Shown here in pieces: positions 1 through 36,500 of a stretch of 64,000 bases of DNA (the stretch's first letter is position 1; every line of letters begins with the position of its first letter). This stretch comes from Podarcis muralis (Eukaryota): contig NC_135662.1 in assembly GCF_964188315.1 (NCBI RefSeq), forward strand, positions 85,312,001-85,376,000. The letters run 5' to 3'. Both the position numbers and the translations under genes were made by a program. The notes under the pieces were generated by a model. The model had not been told where the DNA came from, did no database searches, and saw nothing but the letters and a program-made list of their open reading frames with translations.

Positions 1-21
1 GTGGAATAGATCTGCACAAGT

Positions 22-361
22 AAAAGGTAAAGGGACCCCTGACCATTAGCTCCAGTCGTGACCGACTCTGGGGTTTGCGGCGCTCATCTCGCTTTACTGG
101 CCGAGGGAGCTTCTGGGTCATGTGGCCAGCATGAATAAGCCGCTTCTGGTGAACCAGAACAGCGCACGGAAACGCCGTTTACCTTCCCGCCGGAGCAGTA
201 CCTATTTATCTACTTGCACTGGCATGCTTTCGAACTGCTAGGTTGGCAGGAGCAGGGACTGAGCAACGGGAGCTCACCCCGTCACGGGGATTTGAACCGT
301 TGACCTTCTGATCAGCAAGTCCTAGGCTCTGTGGTTTAACCCACAGCGCCACCTGCGTCCC
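22..361 (-). mobile_element. Sauria SINE
   Basis: Characteristic ggtaaagggacccctgacc...acccacagcgccacc sequence; homologous to other copies in the window. Confidence 0.85.
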
Positions 362-762
362 TATCTGCACAAGTAGCTAAGTGTAAAGCAGTAAAAATGA
401 AAGTGCAACCTTGTGAGCAGAATACTCCACGAGTCTTGGGATCTTTGTGTAATAATTGTGCAAGTCAGTTGCATGTCTGTGCAACTCAAGACTAGAGGCA
501 AGTGCTGAAGGCACTTCAGGGCTGGCAACTTTTTCCCAATTCCACTGGGTCCCAACAACTGCATTAACACTTACCTGTACAGAATAGGCACCTGAACGTA
601 GAAGCAAATCCAAAGGGGTGGAAAAAGTAAATGGGATCTGTAAGTCCTTGGCGAGACTTTGAAGTGCTTGCCAGTCAACTAATAACAGTTCACTGGTTCC
701 AGGCCCTTCTCCCCTGACATTGTCCAAACAATAAAGTCTCTACCTCCAACTTCAGTCCTGCA

Positions 763-908
763 CAGTGGCGTAGCGTGAGTTGTCAGCACCCGGGGCAAGG
801 CAAGTAATTTGCGCCCCTGCCAGGTAGGGGCAGAGAGCTGCGAGTGCGAGCGCGCCCCCCCCAGATGTTGCGCCCAGCCCCCCCTGCACCCCCCACGCTA
901 CGCCACTG
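763..908. mobile_element. hAT-type MITE
   Basis: TIR CAGTGGCGTAGC; 8-bp TSD gtcctgca (755-762 and 909-916). Confidence 0.85.
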
Positions 909-1539
909 GTCCTGCAGCAGGAATCCCTGAAGTTCTTTGCGCTAGTCCTTGGTTCCCCTTTTCCAGCTTTCTACCAGCCTGTTTCTCTTGGCCTGCTCTT
1001 TCTGCAAGACCGTTCCAGCCTAGGCCTACCAACTGTATCTCTCCTTCCCCCCTCCCCTCTAGAAAAAGTACAGCAGAAAAGTTGTCCAAATATAAACAGT
1101 TAATTTATTAAATCTCGCAATAATTTCATAATTATCTCTATGCATTTCTAATAGCATAACCAGATATAACTGTAAAAACTACTCTGAATTTTTAAAATTC
1201 CAAATATGAAACCTTATACCAGCAAAAATGAATCTTTCTGTAAAATAATGATTTACGGTAAATCAAGCCTTACTGACTAGTGATTTAAATCGCTTTGATT
1301 TAAATCAAATCCACCCAGGCTTAGTGTAGCTGTCACTAGGGAGCAACATGTCAACTCAAACACAGAAAGATAGCAGCAATTGCAAGAGTTCAGTATCTTT
1401 GGAACTTGGATCTTATTGCATAGCAAAAAAAATTGTGATTTATTTTCCTGAGGGGACAGGGTGAGGCTGAGGAATAATGCAGGATTTCAGCATGTGGGTG
1501 CCAGGTGTAGGCTACCTTACTGTATGCTTGTGAAACATG

Positions 1540-2090
1540 GACCACTTATAAACGCCACCTCCAACTCCTCGATAGATTCCATCAACGGTGTCTCCGAAAA
1601 ATTTAACACATCACTTGGGAAAACAGGTGAATTGATGCCAGTGTACTGGAAGAAGCAAAGATCACCAGTGTCGAAGCAATGATTCTTACATCAATTTTGT
1701 TGGACTGGTCATGTTTGGATGCCTGATTATCATCTTCCAAAGCAGCTACTTTATTCCCAACTTTAGAATGGAAAGCGAAATACCGGTGGTCAACAAAAGA
1801 GGTTTAAAGCCTCTCTCAAGGCAAATCTAAAAAAATGTAGTATAAACACTGACAATTGGGAAACACTGGCCTGTGAGAGCTCCAGTTGGAGAAGAGCCAA
1901 TTCAGAATGAAATTCAGGATGAAAGGGAGAAACGTGCTAAGAGGAAGGCACGCTTGGCAAACCCACACTGATCAACTCCCGCCCGGAAACCAATGTCCCC
2001 ACTGTGGAAGGATGTGTGGATCCAGAACACTGTAAAAACTGTGTTCATGGAAGACAATCTTACTCGGCTACGAGTGATCGCCAAAGAAGA
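1540..2090 (+). mobile_element. RTE-clade LINE 3' fragment (non-BovB)
   Basis: Degraded [17 protein letters not shown] / LRWTGHV..MPD.RLPKQLLY / GGQQKRFK motifs. Confidence 0.75.
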
Positions 2091-2094
2091 AGTA

Positions 2095-2410
2095 CAGTGG
2101 TGCCTCGCAAGACGAAATTAATCCATTCCGCGAGTCTCTTCGTCTTGCGGTTTTTTCGTCTTGCGAAGCACGGCTATTAGCGGCTTAGCGGCTATTAGCG
2201 GCTTAGCGGCTATTAGCGGCTTAGCAGCTATTAACGGCCTTAGCGGCTTTAAGAAAAAGGAAACAAACTCGCAAGAACTCGCAAGACGTTTCGTCTTGCG
2301 AAGCAAGCCCATAGGGAAATTTGTCTCGCGGAACGACTCAAAAAACGGAAAACCCTTTCGTCTAGCGAGTTTTTCATCCTGCGAGGCATTCGTCTTGCGG
2401 GGCACCACTG
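2095..2410. mobile_element. Tc1/mariner-pogo MITE with internal 18-bp tandem repeat
   Basis: TIR CAGTGGTGCCTCGCAAGACG with TA TSD; same family as 9111-9341. Confidence 0.85.
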
Positions 2411-3439
2411 TATCCCTAGATGGATAGCCAGAGTGCCCATTAAGAAGCAGAAGAGTAAACCAGAGAGGTGGGATGCAAGTTTCTCAGAGGCCACGCCTTT
2501 CCACCACCATTCAGGCACCAGCTCAGCCAGAAATAGTATGCCTGATCTGATTCTAGCCATATTTTTTTCTAGATGCAATATTTACTTGTGTGCGCACGCA
2601 TATTCCCACACCCCTCATGACACTTGCCAAGTTCCTGCCTGTGTGATCACTGGACTGTATTTGTATTTGTAGAGACAGAGTGTTTATTCTGCTGCAGCTG
2701 GCTGCCCATTTCCCAACAACCAGAGCTGTTATGGAGGAGATTGAGAGACGTCTGCTAAGGTGGACCATGGAGCCCTACGCACAATACCAATTTTTGTACC
2801 AGCTAACCCTAATTCAGGAATATTTTTTCTCTGCCATTTCCCCCTTCGCAGCCTCCCAACTCCCTTTTTTTTTAGGTTTTGTGTTTCCATACAAAGGCTA
2901 CAACTTCTGGCGCACTTGACAGCAAGCATATTGCACTTGGTAATGCTTACATGTGAGTAGACATACATATGATCAGGAGGCATGCTCATTATGTCACCTA
3001 TAAGGTGTGTTTGTATATTTGTGTATGTGGGTGTCATATATTTTACACTGCATCCCCAACAGCCACTTGAGGCTATTATCTATAGTGTACAATTATATTT
3101 GTGCTAAATTCTGCACCTGGTGTGTGAATATAAAGATCTCATTTTCATGCTCACAACAGACCCTTCATTGTAGCTAAAGGAGGGGAAGAGAGAGACTGCC
3201 TCACAATGGCATATGACTTCTTGTAAAATGTGTAAGATTTTACATTTATGTTATGATTTGTAGTCTTTTGTCCTAATCTTTTTAGATGTTTCACTGACAA
3301 TTGACAAAAGGGTTCCTTGTGTTGTGCAGTTGTGCTGTCACCATTACTGCTAGTCTGGATTGCAATGTCACAAGCAAGTACATGTTGCAAACAATAGTTC
3401 CTTGCATTCCTGGGAGGGAAAGGGACAAATGGGATGCAC

Positions 3440-3800
3440 CCAGTGTTGTCCAACATCTTTAATAAACATCTTGCACGAAGGACTAGATGGGATGCTCATC
3501 AAATTTGAAGGTGGCACCAAACTGTGAGGGGTACCTAATACCTCAGAAGATAGAATGGAGATTTGAGATGACCTTAGCAGATTGGAAAACTGGGCCAAAA
3601 GTAAGAAAATCAATTTCAATAGGGGCAGATGTAGGCAGGAATAACTAGCAGAACAAATGGGACACCTAGCTTGACAGCAGTATATATGAAAAGGATCTAT
3701 AGTGGACCACAAGCATAACATGAGTCAACAGTGTGATGCAGCAGCAAAAAAAGCTATTGCAATTCTAGGCTGCATTAATAGAAGTCTAGTATCCAGATTG
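3440..3800 (+). mobile_element. CR1 LINE RT fragment
   Basis: Decayed KFADDTKL motif; MSQQCDAAAKKA.AILGCINRS. A related 3' piece lies at about 4690-4850. Confidence 0.8.
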
Positions 3801-4975
3801 CTGGTGGCAAGAAAAAATAGGTGTGAAAGGACAATTCCTGAATGCCAAGATCCAAGTTCCCTTTGGAGCAAGTTCTCTTTGGTGAGAGAACCCCAGGAGA
3901 GACTTAAAATAAGCAACAAAGCATGGAAATGTAAGCAGTTTGACCTCTTAACATATGCCCTTGTAAGCTCCTTCCCCTAGCATAAAAAAATACCACACAT
4001 TTGGTAAGTTAAAAACGGTTTACTTACAAACTCACCAAAGGTCAGGTTCATGTGAGAGCCAGCGGCTCTCGGGATTCCAGTCTATCCCAGCTGTACCTGG
4101 AGATTCTAAGGACTGAATCTGGGGCCTTTGCTATGCAAAGCATGTGCTCTACACTGAGCCACAGTCCTTTCTCTGATTTGAAACCAGGTGTCATACTCTA
4201 CCCACTATGCTCTACAGTCAAGACACTCCACAGCTAAGGTTTTGCTCACCTGCTTCTTTGGGTTATGTTAACTTGGGAGGCGCTGAAGTTGACCATCTCT
4301 GTAGTTCATGCAGCCCTGTTCACAAATGGATGGAAATGTGTGATTAGGTATGTAGCAGTAGCCATGGTGCTTGTATCTAGGTGCTGATGAACAGACAATG
4401 GTGTCTGGCCAGGAGATAGGATGCCTCAGATCTTAACATCCCCATCTTTCGGGGGAGGGCATTACATTTTATTTACATTACAGAAAAATACAAAAACACA
4501 CCCATTAAGTTATCATATATAGAGAGACATGAGTTATCATATAGAGAAATGATGAAAATTAGTTTATTGTTCCAAAATAATACAAACAGCAACCATTTAC
4601 AGAAAAAACAAATTCTGCTTCAATGGAGTTTGATTAAGTATCAGACATTGGCCCCAGAAACAGACTTTCAGTTAGTGCAGATGACAGGTAACTGGTATAG
4701 TATCACCAGGAGGGTAGACTCAAATCAATGGCTTCAAGTTACATGAAAGGAGATTTCCGACTAAACATCAAGAAAAACTTTCTGACATTAAGAGCTGTTC
4801 AACATTAGAACAGTCTTCCTTGGGAAGTTGTGGACTCCCCTGGTGACATACAAATGTAGTTACCAAGCCATCAATTAATTCATTTTGCTGCTGTTGTGGA
4901 GTAAGGCTTCTTGGGATTAGGAAGTATCCTGGCGAATCTATGAATTACTATGACTTTATTGAACAGTAATCATTC

Positions 4976-5300
4976 GGGTGGCACTGTGGGTTAAACCACA
5001 GAGCCTAGGACTTGCCAATCAGAAGGTCGGTGGTTCGAATCCCCGTGACAGGGTGAGCTCCCGTTGCTCAGTCCCTGCTCCTGCCAACCTAGCAGTTCAA
5101 CAGCACATCAAAATTCAAGTAGATAAAAAGGTACCGCTCCAGCGGGAAGGTAAACGGTGATTCCGTGCGCTGCTCTGGTTCACCAGAAGCGGCTTAGTCA
5201 TGCCAGAAGCTGTACGCCAGCTCCCTCGGCCAATAAAGTGAGATGAGCGCTGCAACCCCAGAGTCGGCCACGACTGGACCTAAAGGGGTCCCCTTTACCT
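4976..5300 (+). mobile_element. Sauria SINE
   Basis: Reverse complement of the 22-361 family. Confidence 0.85.
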
Positions 5301-6104
5301 AATCACTGTTTCAATTTATTATTGTGATTTCAATGTTTGTTTGTTTTTTAATGTTATTGTGGTTATTGTGAGCCACCTTTTTTGTTGGAAAAGTGGAATA
5401 CAATTATTAAATCAAATCAAATAAACTCATCTTTTTCTGTTGCAATACTAAGTTGCTTCAGCCAGTGGAATGAGAGTTACACTGCACATTTCAATATGTA
5501 AAACAGCCATGGAACATAGATGCCTATTACTATTGCAAGAGCAAAGAAGACTCCACATCAATTAAATGCTACATAAATCAAGAGTAGACATTTATTTTGT
5601 ATTCAAGAGTACATACACAGTGAATCAAAAAATATTGCAGTAGAGGTTTATGAAATTTAATGTTAATGCATTTCCTTATAAAACTGCAAAGCATTAGCTG
5701 TAGTCATTTGCACATGGAAATAGAGATATTTGGGTTATGGTATATATGCAACAGGCACCATGACAGATTGTAATTTCAAATCTTCCACTGCACAAACTCA
5801 TTTCCAGTGCTAAGGCATTTTTCCAGAAACCAGTTTCTTCCACAATAGTAATTTACCAGTTATCAAACTCATACACATATTGTTTGCTTACCCTGAGGTT
5901 TAACACGTCAGTGGAAATTCAAGCAAATCTATATGTAATACAATTTTTTTTATCATTGAGATCAATGCATTGGTGTCAGCTTGGTTAGGTTTTTAGCCAG
6001 AAAAAGGTGGTATAGAGAAACCAAGCTAGAAACAGTCCCATGCGGCCGTTTGAGTGCAATTTCCAAGTGCCTTCCTCACTCCACCGCCCACAGGTAAGTT
6101 GCCT

Positions 6105-30086
<23,982 letters not shown>

Positions 30087-30431
30087 GACAGCGCCTTGCC
30101 TCGGCGGCCCCCACTGCGCAGCCGCGGAGGCCCCCCGCGCGCCGCCTTTTCTGCCGCTCGGGAGGAGGAGGCGGCCCCGCCCTAGAGATAAGAAAAGGGT
30201 AGACGAGCCCCGTTTGCAGCTGCCCGCGCATCTTCTCCTCCCTAATCCGCCTTGAGTCCCGTGTCCGGGGATGGGGGGGAAAGGTGGGCAGCGCTGGCCA
30301 CCCAGGAGGAGAGCTGAGGCGACCGCCTTTCGGCGGCAGGACCCACGGGGCAGCAGGTCGCGATGAGTAAGCCTGGACAACACGCAACACTACACACCCC
30401 TCTATGGCCCAAGGGCTGCATTAACCCTTGG

Positions 30432-31173
30432 TTAACTTATATGCAGAATTCATCATGCGAAAGGCTGGGCTGGATGAATCCCAAGCCAGAATTAAGATTG
30501 CCAAAAGAAATATCAACAACCTCAGATATGCAGATGACACAACCTCGATGGCAGAAAGTGAGGAGGAATTAAAGAACCTTTTAATGAGGGTGAAAGAGGA
30601 GAGCGCAAAATATGGTCTGAAGCTCAGCATCAAAAAAACCAAGATCATGGCCACTGGTCCCATCACCTCCTGGCAAACAGAAGGGGAAGTAATGGAGGCA
30701 GTGAGAGATTTTACTTTCTTGGGCTCCATGATCACTGCATATGGTGACAGCAGCCACGAAATTAAAAGACGCCTGCTCCTTGGGAGAAAAGCAATGACAA
30801 ACCTAGACTCCATCTTAAAAAGCAGAGACATCACCTTGCTGACAAAGGTCTGACAAAGGTTAAAGCTAGTAGTGATGTACCCGGACACTGAGGTCCAGCA
30901 CCGAGGGCCTTCTGGCGGTTCCCTCACTGCGAGAAGCCAAGTTACAGGGAACCAGGCAGAGGGCCTTCTCGGTAGTGGCACCTTCCCTGTGGAACACCCT
31001 CCCACCAGATGTCAAAGAGAACAACAACTACCAGGCTTTTAGAAGACATCTGAAGGCAGCCCTGTTTCGGGAAGCTTTTAATGTTTGATGTATTATAGTA
31101 TTTTAATGTTCTTTTGGAGGCCGCCCAGAGTGGCTGGGGAGGCCCGGCCAGATGGGCGGGGTATAAATAATAA

Positions 31174-31239
<66 letters not shown>

Positions 31240-31648
31240 GAAGTGAAAGCTGGACCATAAAGAAGGCTGATCGCCGAAGAATGGATGCTTTTGAATTCTG
31301 GTGCTGGAGGAGACTCTTGAGAGTCCCATGGACTGCAAGAAGATCAAACTCATCCATTCTTAAGGAAATCAGCCTTGAGTGCTCACTGGAAGGACAGATC
31401 CTGAAGCTGAGGCTCCAATACTTTGGCCACCTCATGAGAAGAGAAGACTCCCTGGAAAAGACCCTGATGTTGGGAAAGATGGAGGGCACAAGGAGAAGGG
31501 GAAGACAGAGGACGAGATGGTGGGGCAGTGTTCTCGAAGCTACCAGCATGAGTTTGACCAAACTGCGGGCGGCAGTGGAAGACAGGAGTGCCAGGCGTGC
31601 TCTGGTCCAGGGGGTCACGAAGAGTCGGACACGACTAAACAACAACCT
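30432..31648 (+). mobile_element. RTE-BovB LINE 3' part, split by an L2 3' fragment (about 30880-31238)
   Basis: RT motif NNLRYADDTT (ORF 30428-30853) and C-terminal DAFEFWCWRRLLRVPWTARRSN (31281 onward); ends in a (CAA)n tail. The BovB sequence resumes right after an (ATT)n tail. Confidence 0.9.
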
Positions 31649-32099
31649 CGCAGGAGTCACCTGGCAGCGGTGGGTGTGGCCTCCAAATTCGCACCCCCAG
31701 GGCAGACTCCCTGCAGGTGAGCGGAGAGCGGGGGATGAGCTCTGATTCTCAGGTGACTGACCTGACGGCTTGCGTAGGGGGGCACTTTGCATCTCCAGGG
31801 GAAGCCGGGGTGGGGAGGGCCACCCGCATCGTGCAGCGGCTGCGTGGCGGGGCACTGGAAGAGCTGTCCAGGCATGCCAGTGGAGAGGCTGTTTGGGGGC
31901 GCTTTGCCGAGGCCCCCCTAAAACCTGGAACCCTGTCCCTTTGCGGTCAAAGACAAGAGGCTTGTGCGGATCCCTCCCGACACAGAAAGGACGCCCAACA
32001 CAGGAAAGCTTTTACTAAATCGCACTATGCAAAATGGCTTGAAGCACACAAAGAAGAAAATGCCCACGGAGTAAGGACAGGAACTATGTTTTGCTTCTG

Positions 32100-32500
32100 A
32101 ATTCCTCCCGTCGGGTGGGCGGGGAGAGGAAAGGTGAAGTGTATTGGAACCCGGAATATCCTCCCGCGCGTATCATTCAGTCTGTTCTATCTCTCGCCTT
32201 CTCCTTTCCCTCTCGCCTGTCTTCGCTTCCGGCGGACAAGGCGGGCGGAAGTGACGTCGTGCGTCGTGAGGCGAGCGGCTGAAGGAGTCCGTTGGGATGT
32301 TCGTCTGAGGCCGGCGTCGCTCCCGCGGGACGTGGAGGTCGAGCCGGGTGACTCCCGCCTCTTGTTCAGGTGGCTCTTAAGGAGTTGTCTTTCGCTCCAG
32401 CCGCTTAGACGCATCTTCTTCCCTCAGCCGCTTCCCATTTCGACTGCTCTTCTTCAGGGCTCCGGCTTTATTCAGCTGCGAAAGCGACCGTGGTGACTAC
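32100..32500 (+). promoter_or_regulatory. MGME1 CpG promoter and non-coding first exon, with an overlapping ETS-CRE motif
   Basis: CpG-rich; CGGAAGTGACGTC at 32246-32258 and CTTCCGG at 32226-32232; the coding exon begins after the acceptor at 32967. The exact first-exon donor was not determined. Confidence 0.7.
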
Positions 32501-32968
32501 AACTCCCATCATCCTTAGCTTGCAGGACTCATGGTCGGGGATGATGGGACTTGTAGTCCGAAAACAGCTAGAGACCCAGGTTTGGGGGGAAACGGGTTAT
32601 CTCTGATACTAATTGCACTTGCTTCTGAGGAAATGTGCCTCAGAGAGAATTGTCAGTGCAGCTAAGACATGATTGTAGTTGGAGAGCCCAATACATTTTA
32701 GGATTAAATTGTGCCCCTCTTGGTGGTAAAATGCAATTATTTCTTGAATATGTCATACTTTGCTGCACTTCACTGTTACCTCAAAATCTGCTATCTGAAG
32801 CATATTTGATGTATCACCCTGACAGTAGTAGTGGCAGACCCGATGACAGCACACAACAAATAACCAAAGCTTTTTATATTTATCTAATAGGAAAATTATG
32901 GGAAAGTAGAAGCATTTCTCAATGAAACACCTTCTGGAGTCAGCCTTTTGTAAATACTGTCTTGCAGT

Positions 32969-33517
32969 ATGATGTCATTTCTCTGCATTAACAGAAAATG
33001 TTGGAGAGTCCCAATGTTGCTGAGAGGAATGTTGAACCAGGAAGGATTCAGGTTTAGATCTCTTGCTGCTTCGTGCTCTCTCTATGGGAAGAAGAAAACA
33101 ACCATCCGGTATGAAAACATTGACCAAGAAAAATACAGAGATTTGATCAACTACCTCACATCCTACAAAGACAGTTCTCAAAGACCTGAATTGGTATTTG
33201 AAGAAGGTGACATGCTAAATGGACCAGAAAGGAAATATAAGAACTCATACCAGGAGGATGAACCAAAAGTTTGTAGGAACTGGTGTGCTCTAATGAATCC
33301 CAATAAGAGCTCTTTGCCTCAAGAAACTGCTCCGGGACAGCCTTTGCAAATCAGTTTGCAAAGGAAAAACTTGGCTAGTGTGACAGCTGTTCTACAACAG
33401 ACCATGCCTGTGGAGCAAGCTTTTTATCTGGAGAAGTGGAAACAGCGGATGATTCTAGAACTTGGGATAGAGGGTTTTGCAGAATACACTAAAAGTAAGC
33501 AATGACTAAATGCATTG

Positions 33518-33548
<31 letters not shown>

Positions 33549-36500
33549 AGGAACATCCTAGGGTGGGTTGATTGAAATCACCAAGAAAAAAAAGGGGTGA
33601 ATTAATCAATGATTCCATGTTCTGAGTTTAGTAAGAATCAGCAATGTAATTTAGTAAAAATCACCACTGCCTTTCCCCTACCCCTCTGCTGCTGGAGGCC
33701 TTGACTGCTTTTACTAATGCACACATCAGTAAGTTTAATCTGTTAGTCAAATCAGTGTCAGAAATGGAACCTCATTTTGCTCAACACCCACTCTGTATTT
33801 TCTTTCTGTGCTTTGCTATCAAAGCTGTGAGCTTTTCCTACCTGGATAAAGTGCATGTGTTTCAAGACAGCACTTCACACACATCCCCTTCCCTCCCCTT
33901 TTCCAGCTGTGCAAGCCCATCTGTTTGAACCCCCATCCTAACCGCATAACTATAACACACCCAGAAGGGTTTCTGTTGTTGTTGCAAGAACTTTACATTA
34001 AGGTCACATAGGACAGATGCAGCTTAAAAACGTTTTCAGCCGCAGATACTGCATCAGATACAAGCTAAACAAGGGATGAAATTTAAGAGTCACAGCATGC
34101 TCACAAATTTGGTTCATTCACCATCTAAAACCAGTCAAGCATGCAGCTGTCACAAAGTGATTGTTCAAAGAAGTTTGCAACTCCAACTTAAGCTGCAGCT
34201 GTGACTCAGCTTACGTGGAGTGGAGTTCAGTAGCAAAAGGAGTCCAGTTACTAGGCAGAGTTTCCAGCAATGTCAGCTTCAGGAAAAGCACCAGTGAGAG
34301 GAGCTGGGAACTGAGAGTGGCTTTATTTTTAAGTCACCCTTGCCTAGCACCTTTGTTGTTTGACAAGTGATTTGGGTGGGGTGACACAGCAGACTACAGG
34401 TGTCTGTTTTCACTTGTAACACTAAGTCATAGTTAATGTCAGTAAGCCAGCAACAAACCATGGCTTATTTTCATGAACTAGCCATCATTAGCAAACCATA
34501 GTTAAGGGACATACTCTGCAACCCCAGGTAAAAGGCACCCATTATAGATTTTATTAGTTTTCAGCAGCTGACTGGCTCAGTAGAAATTGGTGCAGGTTGG
34601 AACCATTATTGGTGAAGCCACATCAATCTGGACCCTTAACATAAAAAATTGGCCAAAGTCATACTAGAGTCACATTTTGGACCACCATCTTGATTAAAAA
34701 TGGTGGCTGGTGATCAGCTTTGATGAAAACTGCTGTGACCACTTTTGGAACCCTTGTGCAGAGTTTGGCAATGATATCTTGAGAGCTGTCTGAACACACA
34801 GAGAACAAATGCTAAGGGAGTAGAAGGGACTTTTCTTCAGGAGTCTACTGTGAATCAGGTCATTCTTGGCACTAGAATGCTTAGTTGCTTAGGCTGTTTA
34901 CAAATTATTGAGGGTCGGGTGCCTTGGGTCTTGGGTTATGAAGCATTTTCCCTATGAGTCCTAATTTAACAAGATGTTAAGTGAGAGTCCTTGAATGTGC
35001 ATTACAGCATATACTGCCCTTCTCTTGACACCCCAAGTTGTCTTCCCTCATTTTTGTTTTTATTACTTTCACACTCTGTATAGTGGACAAATTCACAAGC
35101 CATCAAAATATATAGTAGATGAATATGAATGTGCTACTGTTCAGTCACAGCAGTTCATACATTGATCTGCAAGTCATCAAGTTCCAATTAATCAGGTTAT
35201 GAAATAATATATGTTCAATATATGTGTGAAATGGTCTGCAGCATTAACCTTGCAAAGCCAAAGTTTGAATAAGTACTCGGTATAATTATTTTTTCTTGTT
35301 TTGCAGATATCTTTCAACAAGGTAAATTATTCCATGCAGCCATGGAAACTTTACTTTTAGCTGAAGAAATCTCTGTGGAGCAGGAAGAAGACACCAATGT
35401 ATCTGGCTACATAAGAAGTGTGCAGCATGTGCTGCAACATGTTACTGGAGTGAGAGTCCTTGAAAGTGCGGTACAGCATGAGACCCTTCATTACCAAGGC
35501 CTAGTGGATTGTGTGGCAGAATATCGGTGAGAGGCTAACTTTGCATAATACTGTACGTGAACGCTCCAAACAATGTTAAATGCTTTAAAGTCATGTTGAC
35601 TTAGGCATATGCTTTGCTTTCTCATTGAAACCAATGGGACAAAAGTGTCTTAACTTCAGGTGCCTTGTGCCCTAAATATTTAAAACTATCTAGATTTACA
35701 CCTGCCCTATGCTGCGAACTGAGACACAGGAGACCCCATCCCATTCGTCCTCTCCCAAACTCTGGGAGTTGAGTCAAGAGTGAAGCCAAGGTAGCTTGCC
35801 CAAAGTGACTCAATTAGATCATCCTTTTCCCTAATAATAAATTGGGTGGCTTTGTACTTACTAGACCAGCAAAACAGGCCACTCAGAGAAAAAATGTAGG
35901 GGTATTCTGCATAGTCATTGCCACCTTGCTTTTGTACCACCTTTGCATATATTTATTTCATGCATTAAATGGTTTGTGCTTTTTTAAAATGGTATAATAG
36001 CCAAGTACAGTGGTACCTCTAGTTATGAACTTAAATCATTCTGGAAGTCCGTTCTAAACCTGAAACTGTTCTTAACTAGAGGCCTGCTTTCGCTAATGGG
36101 GCCTCTTGCTGCCGCTGCGCTGCCAGCACGCACTTTCCATTCTCATATTGGGGCAAAGTTCTCAACTCGAGGTAACTCTTCCAGGTTAGCGGAGTTTGTA
36201 ACCTGAAGCGTTCATAACCTGAGGCGTTTGTAACTCGAGGTACCACTGTAGATCGATAAATTTTACATTTTTAAATTTTACTGCTGTAAAGCTACCTAGT
36301 ATTTGCTGTTATGGCAGCAAAGCTGCAGTACAAGCACCTTAAAAAAAATATTAAAATGCACACATAACAAATACATTAAATCTGATTTCTCTTCAGATTG
36401 TGTACAAGCACTCTTCAGGGGTACGTTGTCCACAGTTCTTCACTCTTGAAGGACCCTACATTCCTTAGTCCCTTCATCAGATGAAGGGACCATCAGGAGA

